The notes under the pieces were generated by a model. It had not been told where the DNA came from. It did not search any database and was given only the letters and a program-made list of their open reading frames with translations. This document shows positions 30,691 to 46,353 of a stretch of 64,000 nucleotides of DNA, piece by piece. Every line of letters begins with the position of its first letter. Position 1 is the first letter of the stretch. A program made the translations under genes and the position numbers. The DNA lies in assembly GCA_964016885.1 (NCBI GenBank), contig OZ024749.1, positions 45,508,001 through 45,572,000 on the forward strand, read 5' to 3'. Origin of the DNA: Eledone cirrhosa (lineage: Eukaryota).

Positions 30691-30831
30691 ATCGAGTGGG
30701 TTAATCGGCCGGGTGCACCGAAAACGATAAACGGAAAAAATTAAACGAAATTTCATTTCCCACTCTTAGTACGGCTGTACTAAGAGTGGGAAATGAAATT
30801 TCGGTGCACCCGGCCTATTAACCCACTCGAT
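30691..30831. repeat. Long hairpin/palindrome
   Basis: Outer arms 30691-30723 / 30799-30831; inner arms 30746-30772 / 30777-30803; 4-nt loop ggct. Confidence 0.9.
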
Positions 30832-30906
30832 ATGCAAATGGGGCTACTCAGCCGTTAATATGCATAAGGTAAATATATACGTTCAACAATGTGGCAGGAA
30901 GGTATA

Positions 30907-30947
30907 CGTTGCTGACGCTAGCTAATAAGCTTGAAACTAGTACAGCG
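30907..30947 (+). ncRNA. Minimal type I hammerhead ribozyme (A9C variant)
   Basis: cgttg-CTGACGc-t-agct aata agct-t-GAAA-C-TA-GTA-cagcg; palindromic ACTAGT helix III. Confidence 0.72.
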
Positions 30948-31152
30948 TTCCTTTGACAGTGTTGAACAAACGAGCAACGATGGTTGCTAGACACTACGGC
31001 TTAATACGGGATGTTTGTTTACAAACACACTGAGCATTATAATAAATGTTCGGTGAATCCATACGTACATGTATATATGTGTGCATGTATGTATATATAT
31101 ATACATACTACTGTACGTCTGTATGTGTACATACTTATATATATATATATAT

Positions 31153-31198
<46 letters not shown>

Positions 31199-31201
<3 letters not shown>

Positions 31202-31765
31202 GATAAATCTACCAAGAGTTTACGGTAGTGTCCAATCCGTATGAAGAACTCAATGTAATCCGGATATCATGGAAAGAAGAGATGCAATGAAAAATCACTT
31301 TCGGTGAAAGATAAACGGAATACAGAGTCAAGATAAAATATTAAAAAAATAATGAATAAAACAATGAAACAGTTCCTTATATTAAACAAAAAAAGTTCAT
31401 TATTTAACGATCGTTTCTAGGATATATATGTGTTAGAATTGGCATGCATATTCAACAGATCTATGTACAAAATTATACAAAATTATACAAACTATCAAAA
31501 TTAAATATACATACCAAACACATATATATGCCGTCTTCAGAAATAATGATTATTTCAGGATTATTTCTGAAGACGGCATATATATGTGTTTGGTATGTAT
31601 ATTTAATTTTGATAGTTTGTATAATTTTGTATAATTTTGTACATAGATCTGTTGAATATGCATGCCAATTCTAATACATATATATCCTAGAAACGATCGT
31701 TAAATAATGAACTTTTTTTGTTTAATATAAGGAACTGTTTCATTGTTTTATTCATTATTTTTTTA

Positions 31766-31774
<9 letters not shown>
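31199..31774. mobile_element. PLE-like fold-back with 215-bp arms (31333-31547 / 31560-31774)
   Basis: One mismatch seen between the arms; 12-nt spacer; (TA)n on both sides. Confidence 0.9.
31560..31708 (+). ncRNA. Hammerhead ribozyme with extended helix II (mirror copy at 31399-31547, minus strand)
   Basis: attattt-CTGAAGA-[about 115 nt hairpin domain]-GAAA-C-GATC-GTT-aaataat; 7-bp helix I. Confidence 0.78.
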
Positions 31775-31836
<62 letters not shown>

Positions 31837-32315
31837 CAAAATATTAATAAATGAAAAATATTCTCATAATAAATATTCTCATATATATATATATACTAAG
31901 CAAAATTGTGTCAAATAATCACACAACCACAAAGACATATATATGGGCACATATATATGCACACACACACACATATATATACATTCAACTAATCACACAC
32001 ATATATATGCTTGTGTGTATGTGTGCGTGTGTGATTATTTGTATGAATATATTTATATAAACGTGTATCTATATGTATGAGTCCATATATATATGTCTGT
32101 GTGCGTGTGTGATTATTTGTCGCAATTATATGTCGCACTATATATAATATGCGTACATAGGTATATATTTATATGTATAGAAATTCGTTGATACTTAGAG
32201 ACCAACCCACACATACGATGGTAAATATGTTTGTGCTTCAAACGTTTATTTTGAAATGGAAAGTTTCACAAGACATCTGAAATGTTGTTTTCAAAATACA
32301 CATTCACTTTCAAGC

Positions 32316-32335
32316 TGTAGTTGTTGTTGTTGTTG

Positions 32336-32416
<81 letters not shown>

Positions 32417-32480
32417 TTATTATTATTATTATTGTTGTTGTTGTTGTTGTTATTATTATTATCATTATCATTATCGTTAT
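32316..32480. repeat. Compound (GTT)n/(ATT)n microsatellite
   Basis: Direct. Confidence 0.97.
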
Positions 32481-32899
32481 TTTAAAAGACATATTAATTC
32501 ACATGTGGCGGTACAGACAAATTACACGAAGCTGCTAGATGTGAGATTCTCTTCTAAGAAATTTATACGAAGCGAAGAATACAACATTGGCATTTATTTT
32601 AAATATAGATGTTACTTAATACGCAAATATATCCGATAATATAGAGGATGTGGTTAACAGAAGTACATATTTGTCTCCCAGTTTCCTACATTTCCTTCAT
32701 GTATGTTTCTTAAGATGATGACATCATCTTATCTGTATTTTCTTTATATCTCATATTTTATATATTCGTATTTTTATTGATATTGCAACAGTATTTTCTT
32801 TCGTTCATTCTTTCCGACATTTCTTCTGCGCTTTATTATTGATCCAAGTGAAGGAGTGAATCTTCTTTAGAGATATGATTGGTAAATTATAGAGAAATG

Positions 32900-32955
<56 letters not shown>

Positions 32956-34427
32956 TATATATATATATAATTTGCCAGTACATAATTTGTATATGAGACA
33001 TGCGAAATATGCTGTATCTTTGAACACGAAATCATAAATGTAAGTGAAATATAACTAAAGAAATCTGATATTTGAAACACCTAATCAGTGGATCGATGCA
33101 CCAAACAATTAGGCCTATATTTAAGCCTACATTTATTTACACACCTAGAAAATCATACGTCTGTACGTCAGTTTGCTTTTAGTTATCTTTGTGTACAATA
33201 TCACGTGTGTGACTCTGTATGTATATATTTGATTCCTGAGATGAAATAGCATATCTATAATCTGCCGCTCATTCTATGCCATACAAAATGATTTGTATAT
33301 ATCTGAGCGCAGTCGCGTGAACGTTACAAGAAAACAGCCGTCCGTGTACTTTTATTTATATGAATAAGTTGATATGTGTCTTTCTATTTACAATGGAACG
33401 ATTATCTGATGTAGATCTATTTACTTGTAATAAAGTTGAGGTAACATGTAAGTCTTTACTGATTATGTGAAACATTTTGCGAGATGTAACAACCAAATAT
33501 ATTAGTTTAGCACTAAACTGTTGTTTGCTTTAATGAAATCGGTAGAATAGTGAATAGCTTAACAAAAAAATGGTAATAATAACGAAGGCAAGTTATTCAC
33601 ATATTCATTTCATTGCTTTACGATCGTTTCGGAGGGTTGATCATATTGATATAATGACTAATCTATAGCAGCTATAGAACTGTATACTATCAGATATAAT
33701 ATATATGTTCGATCATACAGTCTTCCTCGGAAAAAAATTACATCCCCGTCCCTCTTAAAACCTAGGCTGAAAGATAGGTCTCTGTGGGTAATGCATATCT
33801 ATGTACCCAAGAAAGAGTCTAAATACTGACACTTCCTTGATGAAGTCATTGCAGCGTTAGATGTAGTTAAGTGTCATATAGCGCCTCTTACGAAAGAAAA
33901 TATACGTCAATTGATCTTAGTGTTCACTGTACTATGCTATAATATTTGATAGAACAGAAGCTTCAGAAGCGGTTTGGAATCTGATATTCGATTACTTCGG
34001 TCTCCTAGCTGCTTCCCCAGAATCGGAGAAGAGAAATTAATTCATAAAGAGCTGAATTGATATCAGGATAGTTTTAGCAGCAAATTATGCAGACAGGTCT
34101 TGTGAAGCAGCTATTTATATATTCCATCAATGTTGTTGCTTTCCTCGTTTCTTTCTTTCTATTCAACCTCTTTGATATGCATTTTCTTTAATTAGGTATT
34201 CTTATTCATGTACCAACATAGCAGGAAATATAAGTAGACCAGTTTATTGCTCATATAAGTTCTGTAATTCTAATGAAGCGAATTAACTGAATCGAATTTT
34301 ATTGATGATAATATAGAGCATCAAAATTCGGACTTACATTACTGACATAGAAAAATCCGCGCATATAGAAATATATTGTGGTTATGAAGAAATTACCGAA
34401 GAAGTTTATATATATATATATATATAT

Positions 34428-34633
34428 AACGAAGGAAATGTGGTAAGGAACCAGGTGGACCATAACGCACCAAAGTACTCAATACTTAGGGTAGTAGAGT
34501 GGGTAATAGGAACGAGTAGGACTCGACGGCTGAGCTCAAGCCGTTTCGACGGCTAATTCTGGACTCAGAATTGGTCCAGAATTAGCCGTCGGAACGGCTT
34601 GAGCTCAGCCGTCGGGGTCCTACTCGTTCCTAT
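34428..34633. mobile_element. PLE-like family E fold-back insertion
   Basis: Minus copy 34428-34565, spacer cagaattg, plus short arm 34574-34633; (TA)n on both sides. Confidence 0.88.
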
Positions 34634-34934
34634 ATATATATACTCGTATACACACATTCACACACGCACAAACATTGTAATTCTTCTTAAATATATATAA
34701 TCTGGATTTTTCACTACCTATAGATGATATGAGATTTAACAGATGCCATACCGTGATGTATCGTTACACCTACTCAGGCACTCACACACTCAGCTAAAAT
34801 CACTCTCTCCAACATATCCCAATATATATATAGAGAGAGAGGTGTGTGTTTTATGTGCGTGTATGTGTGTTAACTATTTCTGTAGAAATGGTAAAGGAAA
34901 TAAGAGTGCTCTACGTATAGTACAGAGCTATATG

Positions 34935-35123
34935 ATTACATAAAAAACAACACAATATATTTATTCCATTACCAAATATTTCATGAAACTAGACGACCCT
35001 TACAGAAACGTTATCTAATAGATAACCATTTCATCTGATGAACGGGCCGGACGTCTCTGTAAGGATCGTCTAGTTTCTTGAAACCTTTGGTAATGGGATA
35101 ATGATATCGTGTTGTTTATTATG

Positions 35124-35127
<4 letters not shown>
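34935..35127. mobile_element. Older PLE-like fold-back (arms 34935-35011 / 35051-35127)
   Basis: Imperfect inverted repeat ending at (TA)n. Confidence 0.8.
35032..35095 (+). ncRNA. Type I hammerhead ribozyme
   Basis: cat-CTGATGA-[imperfect helix II with ggacg/cgtct]-GAAA-CC ttt G-GTA-atg. Confidence 0.72.
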
Positions 35128-35163
<36 letters not shown>

Positions 35164-35851
35164 CGTGTGTATATATGTACATCCTCTCAATTCGATCTTG
35201 GTATTGGATGTATTATCGAAAGTGTTATAATTTACATTGATTGTGATTGAAGGCAGAGAGGGTAACGAGATAAAGAGAATTTTACACGGCGTTTAATTCT
35301 TCGTTCGTCCGAATAACTGAACCTGTGTTGGTTTTAAGATTAAATGCAATGGGGTGCTAATTACTTAATATAGATATCTGCCTGTCATAGAACATGGCAT
35401 GACCAGCTATAAATTTAACTTTCACCTTTTTTCGTGTAATAAATGTGAAGTTAATCCCCATGACATAGGGATCCTCGAGATTCGATTAAAACATTTGCTT
35501 AGTTTCATTTATTTTTCATATTCACCAAGAAACTGTGTAGATATCCTTTCTTGAAGGAAGTTCATCCTCTGATATATATTCTCCCCATCTCTTGCCCTGA
35601 ACGCCCACACTCATCTCTATATAAGTCGCTTAATATAGAATAAATAATAATCTAAGAAAGAAAATGAAAATTAGTATCCAATAGCAACAATATAGGATTG
35701 ATGGGAGCACAGGAAATGCACTTTGGTAGCAACAGGTGACGTCCTGATTATTGCACAGCATGTACAAATATTCAAACCATCATAATGTTACCTGATATTT
35801 CCCCCACGTATTATCTCTATGGCAACCAAGTTTATCAATCTAGTCATCTAG

Positions 35852-35931
<80 letters not shown>

Positions 35932-36134
35932 ATCTATCTATCTATCTATCTATCTATTTATCTATCTATATATTTATCTATCAATCTACCTGACTGACTG
36001 TCTATTTATCTATCTGTCTCTGTATCTATATATTCATCTATCGATACATTGATGTAACAATATCTCTATCACACGCATACAGACGCAAAATCAAATGTAC
36101 AAGCACATGGACATGCACATATATATATATATAT

Positions 36135-36179
<45 letters not shown>

Positions 36180-36358
36180 TAAAAGGAAAATAAAATGCTG
36201 ACAAATTTTTCCCAGTGAAAAATAGTTTAATTAGGAATAAGTATAAACTAGTAATAAGTATTGGTTAGTATTCAGTTTTAGTTTTAGGTTTTTACCGGTT
36301 GCGGATTTCTAATGCTTTTCAAAAATAAATTTGAGATAGAGCGCCCGTGATGTTTGCT

Positions 36359-36423
<65 letters not shown>

Positions 36424-36424
<1 letters not shown>

Positions 36425-36689
36425 AGTTATTCCGGGTTGAATCGGAGGTAACCACAGTAAGTAAGGTACTCAATACATACCAGAGTATAAACGTTTAATA
36501 TAGAAGAGCTTCTACAGGACTAGAACTGTTTCATTCGTGAGCCAATTATCTCCACCCATCCGAATCCCCACCCTCTCCTACCACCAGAAAAAAAGAAAAT
36601 ATATAAATACCACTACTTACTTGGACAGCCAGATCCCTGATAATTTCTCACGAATGAAACAGTTCTAGTCCTATAGAAGCTCTTCTATA

Positions 36690-36693
<4 letters not shown>
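36424..36693. mobile_element. PLE-like family C inverted insertion; mutated HHR at 36632-36680
   Basis: Arms 36495-36541 / 36647-36693 with 1 mismatch; TATATAAATA about 30 nt upstream of the HHR core. Confidence 0.85.
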
Positions 36694-36759
<66 letters not shown>

Positions 36760-36989
36760 GAGATTTTGTTGAAGGAAACACACAATTAAAGCAAATGTTC
36801 AGTATTTTTGTACTTATATTATCGAGCATGCAATCTAAAGTAGACAACGATGATAACTCTAAACCTAAAGGTGGCTAAGATTATGAAAATATTTAGCTAG
36901 TCCTCGGCTGTTTCTGCAAATCGAACCCCAACATGGATTAATTATAATTGTTTTTGATTTAGCTACACTAATCCTAAACATAACCCTAA

Positions 36990-37078
36990 TTCTAGGGAAG
37001 GAATGTCGTTGAAATTGATCCCAGTGCGTTACTGGTACTTTATTCTATCGACCACGTAATGATGAAAGGCAAAGCTAA
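36990..37078 (-). mobile_element. Partial SINE family 1
   Basis: cccagtgcgttactggtactttattctatcgaccacgtaatgatgaaaggcaaag. Confidence 0.75.
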
Positions 37079-38659
37079 TTGAATAATAATAATAAGTAAT
37101 ACCATATAGCTAGAGGTCTAAGGATTCCAAAGGACTGAATTGTTTGAGAAATTACATAGATTATCTAACTTCGTGCCTGTTTATTCAGACCGAAATTAGC
37201 CTTTTAGAAGGAGACTCATGATCCAGCATACACATTTCTACCTTTTGTGTTTATATTTTTACATAATATATCTAACACTATAATATCGTATATGTCCTGT
37301 TTGTGTTTAGACAACACGGTGTGAACTGGGATAGATCACACATTCCGATATTTCTAGCTGATATAAACTTCCAAATTATTTTCTGTTGAAGGTTGTAAGA
37401 CATATAACAGCGGTAATCTATCTGACTGAAGGACAATGGCAGGTTTGTAATGACAATCGCCAATTGTCATGTGAGCATGGGCATATAAATGAAGTTCATG
37501 GTTCGGAACATGTGGTTCGAGGGAAGTGTCACCTCATTTCGTGCTGGGTGATCTACCAGTTACATAATTCTGCAGCGATTCAAACTCTGAATATTCAAAA
37601 AATAGACCCGATAAAATGAACAAAAACGAGTAACAAAGTGAAGAAGAGATAAGAGAAGTTATACATTCCTGTTAGAGTAAGCGTATAAACCAGATCCATG
37701 TCCTTCAGAAGAGAGTTATACATTTTCCCCTATCTCAGTTTTGTCATATTCTGTAACGTATTTAATCAGCATGCTCCACTAAATTGGATTCAGTTAATGA
37801 TGCCAGTGTGACACTAAATCATTTTTTCTATGTGCATCATTGCCAGCTATATGTAAGATATTAAGAAAATGTAGTAACACATGTAGATTTCTTCCTTCGG
37901 GAGAATTAACAAAAAAGATGTTTCGCATGGACACAAGTAAAGAAATAAATTATTGAAGCTCCAATGAAGAGAGTAATTTTAAGGAAATGAACAACGATAT
38001 TTTGTTACGTAAAATGTATCAGGATTGGCGAAAGTATGGTTACAAATACCCTGTAAGATATTAAGTTAGGACAGAAGTAAATTGATCATAACAAAGAAAA
38101 ATATGGAATACCGTAAGGATTATTATAATTATACAAGATTAATGTTTAGAGTGATATAAATTATAAACTTCTTTATTGTAATTTAGCCGCAGGTCGACAT
38201 TTCTATTAGCTACATTTCATAAAAAGCTTTCAGTCATCAACATGCCTTCCTTGTTGGAATAAACAATAGTACGTTAACTAGTATGACTTATGTCTATCTA
38301 TGAGGTTAGTGTCGGATTTAAAGAGAGTTACTTGCACTTTCTATCATATTATGTGATCAGTGGTGTGTCGGACACTAGCTTGTAAATTCTAAATATCTCT
38401 ATTCTTAAAATTCATTCTACATGAGCATCAAAATAGCGACAGTGTATAATTCCGACACATTTGCTCCTTGCTGATATGTACGATATGATTATAAATATGC
38501 ATTTATACACATAGTTCTCTGGATACTATTTTACATACTTAGTAATATATTACATCATAATACGATCTGTATTAAGAGTTGAGCATTCTATACTCCTACA
38601 CAATTAAAATATATTGCGAGATATATTTGGATATAAGAGAATATACAAGTGTACGGATG

Positions 38660-39754
<1,095 letters not shown>

Positions 39755-40039
39755 TATAGGGGAAGCACCCCAACACATGATTCTGCCTTTGTCACACTTC
39801 TTTCAGTCTTAAAGTATTAGCTCCTAAAGAATTTACTTTTTTTTTAAACCAATGAACCCACCCATCCGGTAGAAACCTGTCTTACAGGCATTGTTAGTTT
39901 AAGAGGTAAACAAGGATTGGTATTCCAAATATGAATTTGTTTACAGTATTCTTTCTGCTTTTGTTAATATTATAGCTTTAAAGAATTAGCTTTTAATATA
40001 ACTCCCTTTTCTTTTTCTTTAAATCCATCTACCAATGAC

Positions 40040-40262
40040 CTCCACACATCCCAATACACACCCTCTCCTGCCACCAGAACAGAAAATATATAAATACTAC
40101 CACTTACTTGGACAGCCAGCTTCCTAAAGATTTCTCTCGAATGAAATAGTTCTAGTCCTGTAGAATCACCTCTATATTAAAACATTTATATTAAAACATT
40201 TATCTGTTATGTATTGAGTACCTTGCTTACTGTGGTTACCTCCGATTCACCCCGGAATAACC
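40040..40262 (+). mobile_element. PLE-like family C; mutated HHR at 40119-40167
   Basis: gcttc-ctaaaga-tttc tctc gaat-GAAA-tag ttctagtc ct-GTA-gaatc; may extend upstream to about 39755. Confidence 0.8.
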
Positions 40263-40263
40263 T

Positions 40264-40910
<647 letters not shown>

Positions 40911-41402
40911 ATGGTGGTTAAAATTCACTAGATCCATGGACGAGTTCTCTCCAGCAGCATCATCTGTCTTTCATCATAGCTGCCTTGTCCTGCGTCTCCA
41001 AGAGACCAGTGTCTGTCCTTAGGGCATCAACATATGTCAAACTCGCTCTTCCTCTTCCAGTGTGTCCATGAAGGGGCTCCCACAGGAGCACTGGGTGTAG
41101 TGCCAACTCTGGATGTCGGTGAGCATGTCCAGCTAACCTCAGTCTCCTCTGTTGTATATTCGACCTGACTTTTGGGAGGCTCCCGTAGAGCTCTGTATTT
41201 TTCATCCTCAGTTCTGATGGGTTTGGAAGTCAGACCTTCGTAAAGACCAGAAGATCATTGTCTTCATTGTTGTAGTGGAGTCTGTGCTGCTGTACGGGAC
41301 TGAAACTTGGACACTGACAAAGAAACTCACTCAGATGGTGGATGGGTGGTACACGACAATGCTGAGGATGGCTCTGAAGATTAATCAGAATACACTGAGG
41401 AT
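40911..41402 (-). pseudogene. RTE-clade LINE 3' fragment with 5' inversion
   Basis: Minus 41212-40911 reads NTELYGSLP..RRLRLAGHAHRHPE..LLWEPLHG..RGR..TYVDAL..DTG. Plus 41213-41402 reads WKSDL..VESVLLYGTETWTLT..DGWYTTMLRMAL. These are adjacent RTE C-terminal motifs in opposite orientations. Confidence 0.88.
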
Positions 41403-41703
41403 TTATATATATATAGTTTTAAGTACTAATTTACTAATATATATATATATGTATTGCAAACATCATTAATTTTTCTCCTGGAGGCATCTTCCGACCTCAG
41501 TAATATGTTTTACAATAAATCTACTTTATGAATATTTTTTATAATTGAAAATATATGTTTATTGTATTATTATTGTTCCTGTCAATAGTAATATAGTATT
41601 TGTGAGAGTTTCCGCATCTTTCAGTATAATAGGATAACTATGTAATTTGAACGTATATAAGATATACAATTTATATATATATATATAAATATATATATAT
41701 ATA

Positions 41704-41769
<66 letters not shown>

Positions 41770-41918
41770 TATATATATATATATTCATATATATATATAT
41801 TTATGTATATATATATATATATATATTCATATATATATATATATATTCATATATATATTTATAAATATATATATACATATATATATATATATTCATATAT
41901 ATATATATTTATGTATAT

Positions 41919-41975
<57 letters not shown>

Positions 41976-42322
41976 GTGTGTGTTTATACACATGTATATT
42001 ACCGTAATTGTGTGCAAATTTATGCATGCCTATATTTCTAATGATGTATAAATATGATTGCGTATGTCTCACAATACTGCGTTCAAATACGTCTGTGAGT
42101 GTATTATAGATATGTATTACAATATATGAATTTATCCAGCCGTTATTCCTTCTGTCAATCCAGCCGTAAAGTTTACAATCTCTATTTTTATCTCTTACTA
42201 ACTCGATCAGTTTTTGCGTACATACCTGCACACACGCACACACACACCTATGAGTATATGTGTTCGTGTGTGTGTATATATGCATCATGCACACAGACCC
42301 ATAAATATATATCATATTGTAT

Positions 42323-42365
<43 letters not shown>

Positions 42366-42369
42366 GTAA

Positions 42370-42412
<43 letters not shown>

Positions 42413-42473
42413 TATACATATATACACACATATATATGTATATATATATATATATATATTTACATATATACAT

Positions 42474-42554
<81 letters not shown>

Positions 42555-42845
42555 AGTATATATACATATATACGCATGCATATTTACATACAGATATTTT
42601 TTCTTACGTACGTATTGTTGTATATTTTCGTTCCTTATTCATGTAATTTTCTATTGCTAATTCTTCTTGTTCCTTTTCATCTTTCATCTCTTTCATATTC
42701 ATATTCATATACTCCATTCTCCATCACCTTTTCCCAATCACCACGCCAACCCCTCTTCTGATTCCTTTGACTCCCGTCTTACAAGCCTTTCTATATGTCT
42801 TTTTTTAATATATACATACACCACCACACACCTACATTTATATTT

Positions 42846-42910
<65 letters not shown>

Positions 42911-43002
42911 AATATATATATATATATATATATATGCGTATATATATATATGCTTACATACTTTAATACATAGAAACATACACACTGATATATATAAATA
43001 AA

Positions 43003-43090
<88 letters not shown>

Positions 43091-43743
43091 TTTGTTCCAG
43101 AACCATTCTCCTGCCTAGTCTTCCGTGCTGCCGGTTATTTCATTTCGTGTCTGCCTCGCTGGGTTTTTCTCAAAGTTAAAAGACTTAAGGCCTTAAGGGT
43201 TTCGTGTTCTTCTTAGAAAATATTCAGGTCTGCAACAGGAAAAAATGAAATGAAAAACAGAAGAGAAATTTACAGCAAAATTATATAGAAAATTAAAGAA
43301 AGAATATACGAACAGTATTAATAATAACCAAAATGAAAATAAATGAAAATAAAATAACAAAATATACATCTTTAACAACCATGATAATACTAATATTAAT
43401 ATTAATAATAATATTGAAAATGTTGATTATTAAAATAATAATACTAATAATTCTTGCAATAATTTTGAAAGATATGGAAATATTAAAAGTTATATGCAAC
43501 AACAAAAAAAATGATTAAAACAAGAAAGCTTTCCCATATTTGTGAGTATATACATTTGAATTCCCTCACAAACGCATACTCATTCAAGTTTGCATATCTA
43601 TATACATATATACTTATGGATACATGTTACAAGAAAGGATATCATGAATACAAACATACACACACACACATATATATATATATATATGTGTGTGTATGTA
43701 TATATATATGTATATGTGTGTGCATGCATATATATATATATAC

Positions 43744-43819
<76 letters not shown>

Positions 43820-44062
43820 AGAAAGCATCTATAGATTTCATTATCCTTCATCGCTTGATATGTTTTTCAGCCATGTACCATCTTTTGTCGGCTGTTCCCT
43901 TTTGCCTTTTGCCATCATATGTTGTCTCATTCATATATTAGGCATTATCATTAGTCTGTTAAATGAACCTAATAATTCTCAGTGTTGCTTTTTATCCCTC
44001 TGATTTCTGTAAAGTTATATTCCTTCAACTATTTTCATCCTTATTATTAACTCTTTCCATAA

Positions 44063-44228
44063 GGCGGTGGATTGGCAGAATTGGTAGAGTGTTGGACATG
44101 TTTTACGATCTGAGTTCAAATCCCGCGGAGGTTAACTTTGCCTTTCATCCTTACGATGCCGATAAAATAAAGTACCAGTAATTTACTGGTTAATTGCTGG
44201 CCTTGTGCCAAAAGTAGAAACAATTATT
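44063..44228 (+). mobile_element. SINE family 1 with internal deletion and TSD
   Basis: TSD attattaactctttcca (44043-44059) / attattaactatttcca (44223-44239). Confidence 0.9.
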
Positions 44229-44517
44229 AACTATTTCCAACCTCCGAAATTTTAGGACTTTTAATGGTAATATTCTTTGATATTATTCATAATTAATTTA
44301 CTATAATATATATTGTATCTGGTCTAACATATCTGTTCAATGTCCAGCAGCCAGACGCGTTCTCTTCTTTCTACAACTGTTCTAGAGCCAATAGCTTTCA
44401 GAGAAATTACAAAACCTTCATCACTTCAATAAAATATATTTCTATCCGTAAAACCCTCGCACATGACCCATATGAATCATCACTTTAGAATATGAATATA
44501 CACATTCTTATATATAT

Positions 44518-44582
44518 ATATTGTTATACTTGGGGAGGGTCATATTTGTGTCATATTGCCAGAATTAATAATTCATCGCCGC
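44518..44582 (+). mobile_element. Family D fragment in (TA)n
   Basis: atattgttatacttggggagggtcat...attgccag matches 27166-27200 and the reverse complement of 63205-63256. Confidence 0.65.
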
Positions 44583-45632
44583 TATATATATATATATATA
44601 CTTACATGTTTACGTTTATAATTTGCTTGTTTATATATATATAAGGACAGCTATACTTATGCTATTTTCCTTACACGAAATAATACAGTGTCATCAACGT
44701 TCAGGGGATATGCTGAACATAATAAGCCGTGAACATGTCACAACAAAGTTTGCCCATGGTACAATGTATCTAATTTCAAACGATAATTAAAAAAATTATC
44801 TTATTTTAAAGATAAACGAAAATATAAAATAAGTTATATATAAAGTAAAGCTGGCAAAAGTTTTAATGACACCCTAAAATAAATTAAAACCTGGTTTATA
44901 GAATTAGGAATACATATACACATAAGAAGATTAACGAAAAACATATGCGCAGTCACCGCACACACACGTATACATGAAAAGCCGTCGATATCACATACAC
45001 ATGTCAACAAAAACACACACACAAATATATATAAATAAATATATATATATTTGTATATATATATACTTAGAAACTTACGTGCAGGCTAAACTATCTTTGC
45101 TACAGGGGTTGACAGAGATTCATCTTTCGTTAAATCTGGCATTTTGTATAAGATTAAGATACTAAGCTGATCTTTTTAACCTTAAATAACGTAGTTTACA
45201 CTTATCACCTGTTCTGCAATTTAGACCATGTTTCTCTGATACCCATTTCTGCTTCATGTCAATTACTGCCCTTGCAAATGCTTTTGTCTACACTGATATT
45301 TGCTGATATTTTTAGAGTATTCCTCATTGTGTACATCGCATATACATTTATAATTTCTTGCTCTCTCGTTCTATTTCTGTTTCAATTCTTTAGTTTCAAG
45401 TTCATTATTACAATAGTTTATTTACTTATATAATATACTGTGATAATTATATGAATCATAACCTGTTAACATTTATTCAGTTTGGTTTCTCCACTTTGGA
45501 TATTTTTTGTTATGAATCTTCCTCCAATCGCTATCTGTATCGTTAAGTAAATTATTATTTCTATATACCCTCTTCATCTCATAGGAACAATAGCAAGGAC
45601 AGCAGCATAATACTACAATGCACACACACGGA

Positions 45633-45749
45633 TACATACATACATACATACATACATACATACATACATACATACATACATACATACATACATACATACA
45701 TACATACATACATACATACATACATACATACATGCATACATACATACAT
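45633..45749. repeat. (TACA)n microsatellite
   Basis: Direct. Confidence 0.97.
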
Positions 45750-46285
45750 ATATATATAAATATTTATTATCCAATACATTTATAGTAATGAATTATGTTA
45801 TATAAGTCTACATACATGCATAAACAGATAGATTAGATTCAGAGTTGATCTTGAGTGGCAGATGTAATCCCTCATCTAAACACCAACCATTTGGCCACAT
45901 TAGCGGACTTCAGTCTATCATATTTATTCAACGCTTGATTGTGGATTCTATTTTCTTTAACACCAGTCGCAGTGGACTCAAACATGGGCTTAAATATCGC
46001 TAGAGAAAGTACATTCTTAATACACATGTCTTCTGATGACGCAAGACGTTGTGAACGGAAATGAAGTCGCAAGAAAAAAGCAGTCAGAATTTTGGCGAAG
46101 AACTTCTCATTGGAGGAGTGCCATATTCCAAATGAATACTCTAGATAATACGTAGTTAAATTAATCTTACAATTAAAAGTTTAAGTCAGCTATTACCTGA
46201 CAAATCTTAACATGTACAAAATGACGTTAAGATCAATAAAATTGTATTAGGCATACGTAAAAGAATCACCATGACTTATTGAATG

Positions 46286-46353
<68 letters not shown>

